Of a stretch of DNA of 64,000 nucleotides, positions 62,224 through 64,000 are shown piece after piece. Position 1 is the stretch's first letter; each line of letters opens with the position of its first letter. A model generated the notes under the pieces. It saw nothing but the letters and a program-made list of their open reading frames with translations, did no database searches and was not told the DNA's origin. The translations under genes were made by a program, and so were the position numbers. The stretch is from a bacterium. GTDB lineage: Bacteria > Myxococcota_A > Bradymonadia > UBA7976 > UBA1532. The stretch covers positions 84,509-148,508 of the forward strand of contig JAUHYW010000012.1 of NCBI GenBank assembly GCA_030426085.1, given 5' to 3'.

Positions 62224-63906
62224 ATGCCCGCCGTCCGTCGAGATCTCTTCAACGAAGCCACGCCCCACGAGCGAGATCTGCTCGACCACGACCCGCTCGT
62301 GGAAGAGGTCGCCGGCATCCTGCAGTCGGAGCGCACCCCGCTCACCGTGATGATCAACGGCCCCTGGGGTGCGGGCAAGACGAGCTTCCTGCGGGCGCTG
62401 GTTCGCCACATCCACACCAGCAATCCCGCGGGGCGGCACATGCGTCGCAGCGCCACCGTCTGGTTCGACCCCTGGGAGCACGAAGACGCGCCCAATATCA
62501 TCGTGCCCTTCCTCAGCCGCCTGCGGGAGGTCGCCTACCAGGACGACGACGACCGGCGGGGTCAGTACAGCGCCCAGGAGAAGAGCCTGCTCGCTGAGCT
62601 CGTATGGATGCTCGTGCCCGACGAGTTCCAGCACTTGCTGCCCGGCGGCACCGTGCATCCCCACACGCTGCGAGAGCGATTCAAGCACGTCTTCCCCCTG
62701 CGTCGCCCGCGAGCCATGGCGCGCCGGATGCTGCCCTTCCACGACAAGCCGCAGGAGCACCTCTCGGCGCGGGTGCGGCGGCAGTTCGTGGAGTACGTCA
62801 GGGCCATCCTCGACAAGGGCTACCAGCGGGTCGTGATCTTCCTCGACGACCTCGACCGGTGCCAGCCGAAGGTCATGCGCAAGCTGCTCGAGCTGGTCAA
62901 GGTCAACCTCATCGGGGCCACCCGCCCCGACCGGCGGGCCATGGCCGGGCTCGACGTGGTCTTCGTCTTCGCCATCGACCACCAGACGCTCATCCGGGCG
63001 GTCAACGAGCCGGAGAGCGCGACGCCCACGGCGGACTATGCCCGCTACCTCGACAAGATCTTCGACCTGCGCATCAGCCTGCCCCGGGTCTCCAACGACG
63101 ACGTGCAGGGGCTCGTCCGGGGGCTTGTGGAGTCGCGGCACCCCGACGTCAAGACCTACCTCACCCGGCCCGTGGGCGACGGGGACCCCCAGCGCGACAC
63201 CTACCTCGAGCTGCTGGTCCAGCTCGTCTCGGATTACGAGGAGCTGCGCTCGGCCCGTTTCCTGCGGCGTATCATCAACAAGCTGATGGTCTTCTCCTAC
63301 GTGCGGGACGCGGAGCAGGCCATCCTCGGCGATCGTGATATCCCTCTCGAGCCGCTCGAGGGCGAGAGCCGACTCCGGGCCGCGGCCCGGCTGGTCATCG
63401 CGTGGCACATCCTCGGCCAGGCCTGGATGACCACCCGGACCGCCGCCCTGCGGGACGATGGCTTCGGTCTGCTGTTTCTGCGTGGCCTGTGGGCCAAGGC
63501 CCGAACGGCGAGCGACCTGCCCGGCATGCTCGAAGCGGCGCGCAAGCACAACCTGTCGCTGTCGGGCATCCACTTCCTGGAGAACGAGATCTTGAGTCTG
63601 CTCCGCACCCTCGACCGACAGAGCCCGCCCGATGACACACAGACCCCTGGCGACGACTCGCCCGAGGGCGAAGAGGTGACCGACGAGCCTCCACCGCCGC
63701 AGCCCGGGGATCCGGAACTCGTCGCCGAGACCGCAGCCCTCGCCGACGCGGACGGGGGCGGGGCCCACGTCCCGGGTTCGAGCGGCGCCTCGCCCCACCC
63801 CGGGTCACCGCCGGCCGCCGACCCCGCCCTCGGTCTCCGCAACTGCAAGTCGATCACCACAGCCCTCGTGAGGCTCGATACCCATGTCCGCCGCATCCGC
63901 CGCTGA
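62224..63906 (+). CDS. KAP family P-loop NTPase
   Basis: Walker A GPWGAGKT, F.PW, Walker B VIFLDDLDRC, YLDKIF. Confidence 0.88.
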   Translation: MPAVRRDLFNEATPHERDLLDHDPLVEEVAGILQSERTPLTVMINGPWGAGKTSFLRALVRHIHTSNPAGRHMRRSATVWFDPWEHEDAPNIIVPFLSRLREVAYQDDDDRRGQYSAQEKSLLAELVWMLVPDEFQHLLPGGTVHPHTLRERFKHVFPLRRPRAMARRMLPFHDKPQEHLSARVRRQFVEYVRAILDKGYQRVVIFLDDLDRCQPKVMRKLLELVKVNLIGATRPDRRAMAGLDVVFVFAIDHQTLIRAVNEPESATPTADYARYLDKIFDLRISLPRVSNDDVQGLVRGLVESRHPDVKTYLTRPVGDGDPQRDTYLELLVQLVSDYEELRSARFLRRIINKLMVFSYVRDAEQAILGDRDIPLEPLEGESRLRAAARLVIAWHILGQAWMTTRTAALRDDGFGLLFLRGLWAKARTASDLPGMLEAARKHNLSLSGIHFLENEILSLLRTLDRQSPPDDTQTPGDDSPEGEEVTDEPPPPQPGDPELVAETAALADADGGGAHVPGSSGASPHPGSPPAADPALGLRNCKSITTALVRLDTHVRRIRR

Positions 63907-64000
63907 GCGATCGACCGGCCGGCGCATCGCCGACGCGGTGCTCGACGCCGTCGCCGCGCCGCTGTCCGCCTTCGACCAGAGCACCTCCTACAGCCGCTAC

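Overview
A very GC-rich bacterial chromosomal window. Its gene content (TonB-C/TBDR fusion, Cys-rich CDGxDNDCDG lipoproteins, (GE)n lipoproteins, Hanks kinase, sigma54-like promoters) suggests a myxobacterium-like (Myxococcota/deltaproteobacterial) host; this is inference. About 49 CDSs are supported. Core block: a minus-strand dcw cluster (mraZ-rsmH-ftsL-ftsI-murE-murF-mraY-ftsW-murG-ddl-ftsQ-ftsA-ftsZ) that lacks murD, murC and murB. Accessory items: (i) a lipid-building module of a PLP alpha-oxoamine synthase fused to a GNAT-type domain plus a fatty acyl-AMP ligase-ACP, followed by a Ser/Thr kinase, within a wider lipid neighbourhood (ethanolamine-type permease, SDR + acyltransferase, G1P dehydrogenase); (ii) a tandem duplication of a (GE)n lipoprotein gene (32 vs 60 GE units) with remnants of both flanking genes at the junction; (iii) a ~180-bp MITE-like palindrome; (iv) a small PD-(D/E)XK nuclease cassette; (v) lipase + foldase + probable pseudo-hydrolase; (vi) a KAP NTPase at the right edge. 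The most striking non-coding signal is the ~1.2-kb region upstream of mraZ. It holds MraZ-like boxes, a pair of NrdR-like boxes 32 bp apart, 22 GATC sites in ~660 bp with helical phasing, a perfect 20-bp inverted repeat, and five TGTCAG motifs at an exact 23-bp period between two TATATA islands. No rRNA, tRNA or CRISPR array was seen. All functional calls come from motif recognition by eye; no database search was run.
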